Positions 63,117 to 64,000 of a stretch of 64,000 nucleotides of DNA are shown here, in pieces (the stretch's first letter is position 1; each line of letters begins with the position of its first letter). The position numbers were made by a program, and so were the translations under genes. The notes below the pieces were generated by a model. That model ran no database searches and had not been told where the DNA came from. It saw nothing but the letters and a program-made list of their open reading frames with translations. Source of the stretch: Bacteroidia bacterium (GTDB lineage Bacteria > Bacteroidota > Bacteroidia > SpSt-205); the NCBI GenBank assembly GCA_026003215.1, contig BPGV01000001.1, positions 1,515,729 to 1,579,728 on the forward strand, given 5' to 3'.

Positions 63117-63769
63117 GGACTTTATGGCTGATAGGTCTGCTTGCCCTGGCCTGCGCCCAAGAGCCCAAGGTCTATCAGCTCTCCGGCATGGTACTGAGTG
63201 CTACCACGGGCGAACCCATCCCTTATGTCTCCATTCGTGTGGGGAAAACCCGTAGAGGTACGGTGGCTAACGCAGATGGGTTTTATAGCTTGCCTGTCGT
63301 GCGGGGAGATACCTTATACTTTTCTGCGCTGGGCTATAAGCGGGGACGCTTTATCTTCAGCGAATACCTCCAAGCCTACACCGGCGATACCACTGAGGGC
63401 TTCATGTATGCGGTGAACTACCTCACCGAGGATACCATAGAGCTACCTACCGTGCGTATTTCCGCTATCCGCACCCCCGAAGAACTCAAAACGGCCCTCT
63501 TGAATATCCCCTTGGAGACCCAGACTCAGGTCGCTCGCGACAATGTCAGCCCCGAACTGATTGCCTATTTCCTCCAAAACCTCCCGTTGGACCCCCAAGA
63601 ACGCATAAAAGTCGCGGAGCAGCGCTATCGGGATATTTATTATCAGCGTACGCTCCGGCCTACGTACCCTATCTTGGACCCGATAGCGGCCTACCGCCTG
63701 GTCAAGTACTTGACCGAAAAAGCCCAAATCAAGCGCGAGAAAATCTACGACTACTGGCGGGACGATTGA
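63113..63769 (+). CDS. CarboxypepD_reg-like domain protein (secreted)
   Basis: Signal peptide, followed by LSGMVLSATTGEPIPYVSIRVGKTRRGTVANADGFYSLPVVRGDTLYFSALGYK. Confidence 0.6.
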   Translation: MRTLWLIGLLALACAQEPKVYQLSGMVLSATTGEPIPYVSIRVGKTRRGTVANADGFYSLPVVRGDTLYFSALGYKRGRFIFSEYLQAYTGDTTEGFMYAVNYLTEDTIELPTVRISAIRTPEELKTALLNIPLETQTQVARDNVSPELIAYFLQNLPLDPQERIKVAEQRYRDIYYQRTLRPTYPILDPIAAYRLVKYLTEKAQIKREKIYDYWRDD

Positions 63770-64000
63770 GCTGCGTGCATCTGGATGTACGCTGAAAGGC
63801 TTTGATACAAGGGGAGGAGTTCGGGCATCTCGGCTTGGAGGAAGGCTTCATGTTTAGCCAGGGTAAGGGTATCTCCTCGGCGAGCCGGTCCAGTTTGGGC
63901 CTCAGCGGGAGAGAGATAACTCAGCTTCTCTACCACTTTTTGGGCTAAGGGTAAGTACAGCTTCCATCCGCCTGCGGGCTGCGCCAGCCTATCCGCTATA
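63751..64000 (-). CDS. C-terminal part of a DUF2520/Rossmann-like (F420-type NADP oxidoreductase-like) protein; N-terminus lies beyond the window end
   Basis: The C-terminal translation ...SPAEAQTGPARRGDTLTLAKHEAFL... resembles the TGP.ARGD...H motif of DUF2520. The reading frame stays open to position 64000. Confidence 0.45.
   Translation of the reverse strand, partial: IADRLAQPAGGWKLYLPLAQKVVEKLSYLSPAEAQTGPARRGDTLTLAKHEAFLQAEMPELLPLYQSLSAYIQMHAAQSSRQ

Noticed and set aside
1-64000. I searched for CRISPR arrays, transposases, integrases, prophage genes, toxin-antitoxin pairs and known defence-system signatures.
   Set aside because: I noticed no regularly spaced direct repeats and no DDE, tyrosine or serine recombinase motifs. 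I also found no phage structural gene sets other than the single fibre-like protein, and no nuclease, helicase or NTPase clusters typical of defence islands. The window reads as core genome.

Overview
This is a densely coding, moderately GC-rich chromosomal segment with about 70 protein genes and 2 tRNAs. It reads as core genome of a Bacteroidota-type organism. Supporting markers are T9SS type A and type B C-terminal sorting domains, a SprE/PorW-like TPR lipoprotein, ftsX-DUF3098-uppP-truB-ribF synteny, the DUF3127, DUF2795 and DUF4349 families, and TAnnTTTG '-7' promoter boxes. The content is mainly housekeeping: uppP, truB, ribF, rpsT, RNase G, murI, pyrD, thiS/thiO, ribH-like, gmhA, sufBCD, coaD, hisF/hisIE, tRNA-Glu and tRNA-Cys. 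It also carries an LPS/glycan cluster (GT9, LptF/G, GT4, GT2, two flippases), an RND efflux operon, secreted peptidases and T9SS cargo, and three PP2C/SpoIIE phosphatases. I found no CRISPR array, transposase, integrase, prophage or recognisable defence island, and I cannot point to a convincing new multi-gene system. The signals most worth follow-up are listed here. (1) The -7 promoter box sits only 2-8 nt from the start codon at most operon heads, which predicts pervasive leaderless mRNAs. (2) A Thr-Ntn hydrolase is translationally coupled to a two-domain AAA+ ATPase. (3) An unlisted 31-codon K/R-rich ORF lies next to rpsT and may be a bS22-like ribosomal protein. (4) A lumazine-synthase homologue carries an insertion of about 55-60 aa. 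(5) Two Aer-type PAS-PP2C genes are tandemly duplicated. (6) A split DsrMK/HdrDE-like membrane Fe-S module is present. (7) Two housekeeping-type genes are disrupted: a truB frameshift in a C8 tract and an in-frame TAA in the RND pump. All functional calls come from reading the translations by eye; no database search was run.
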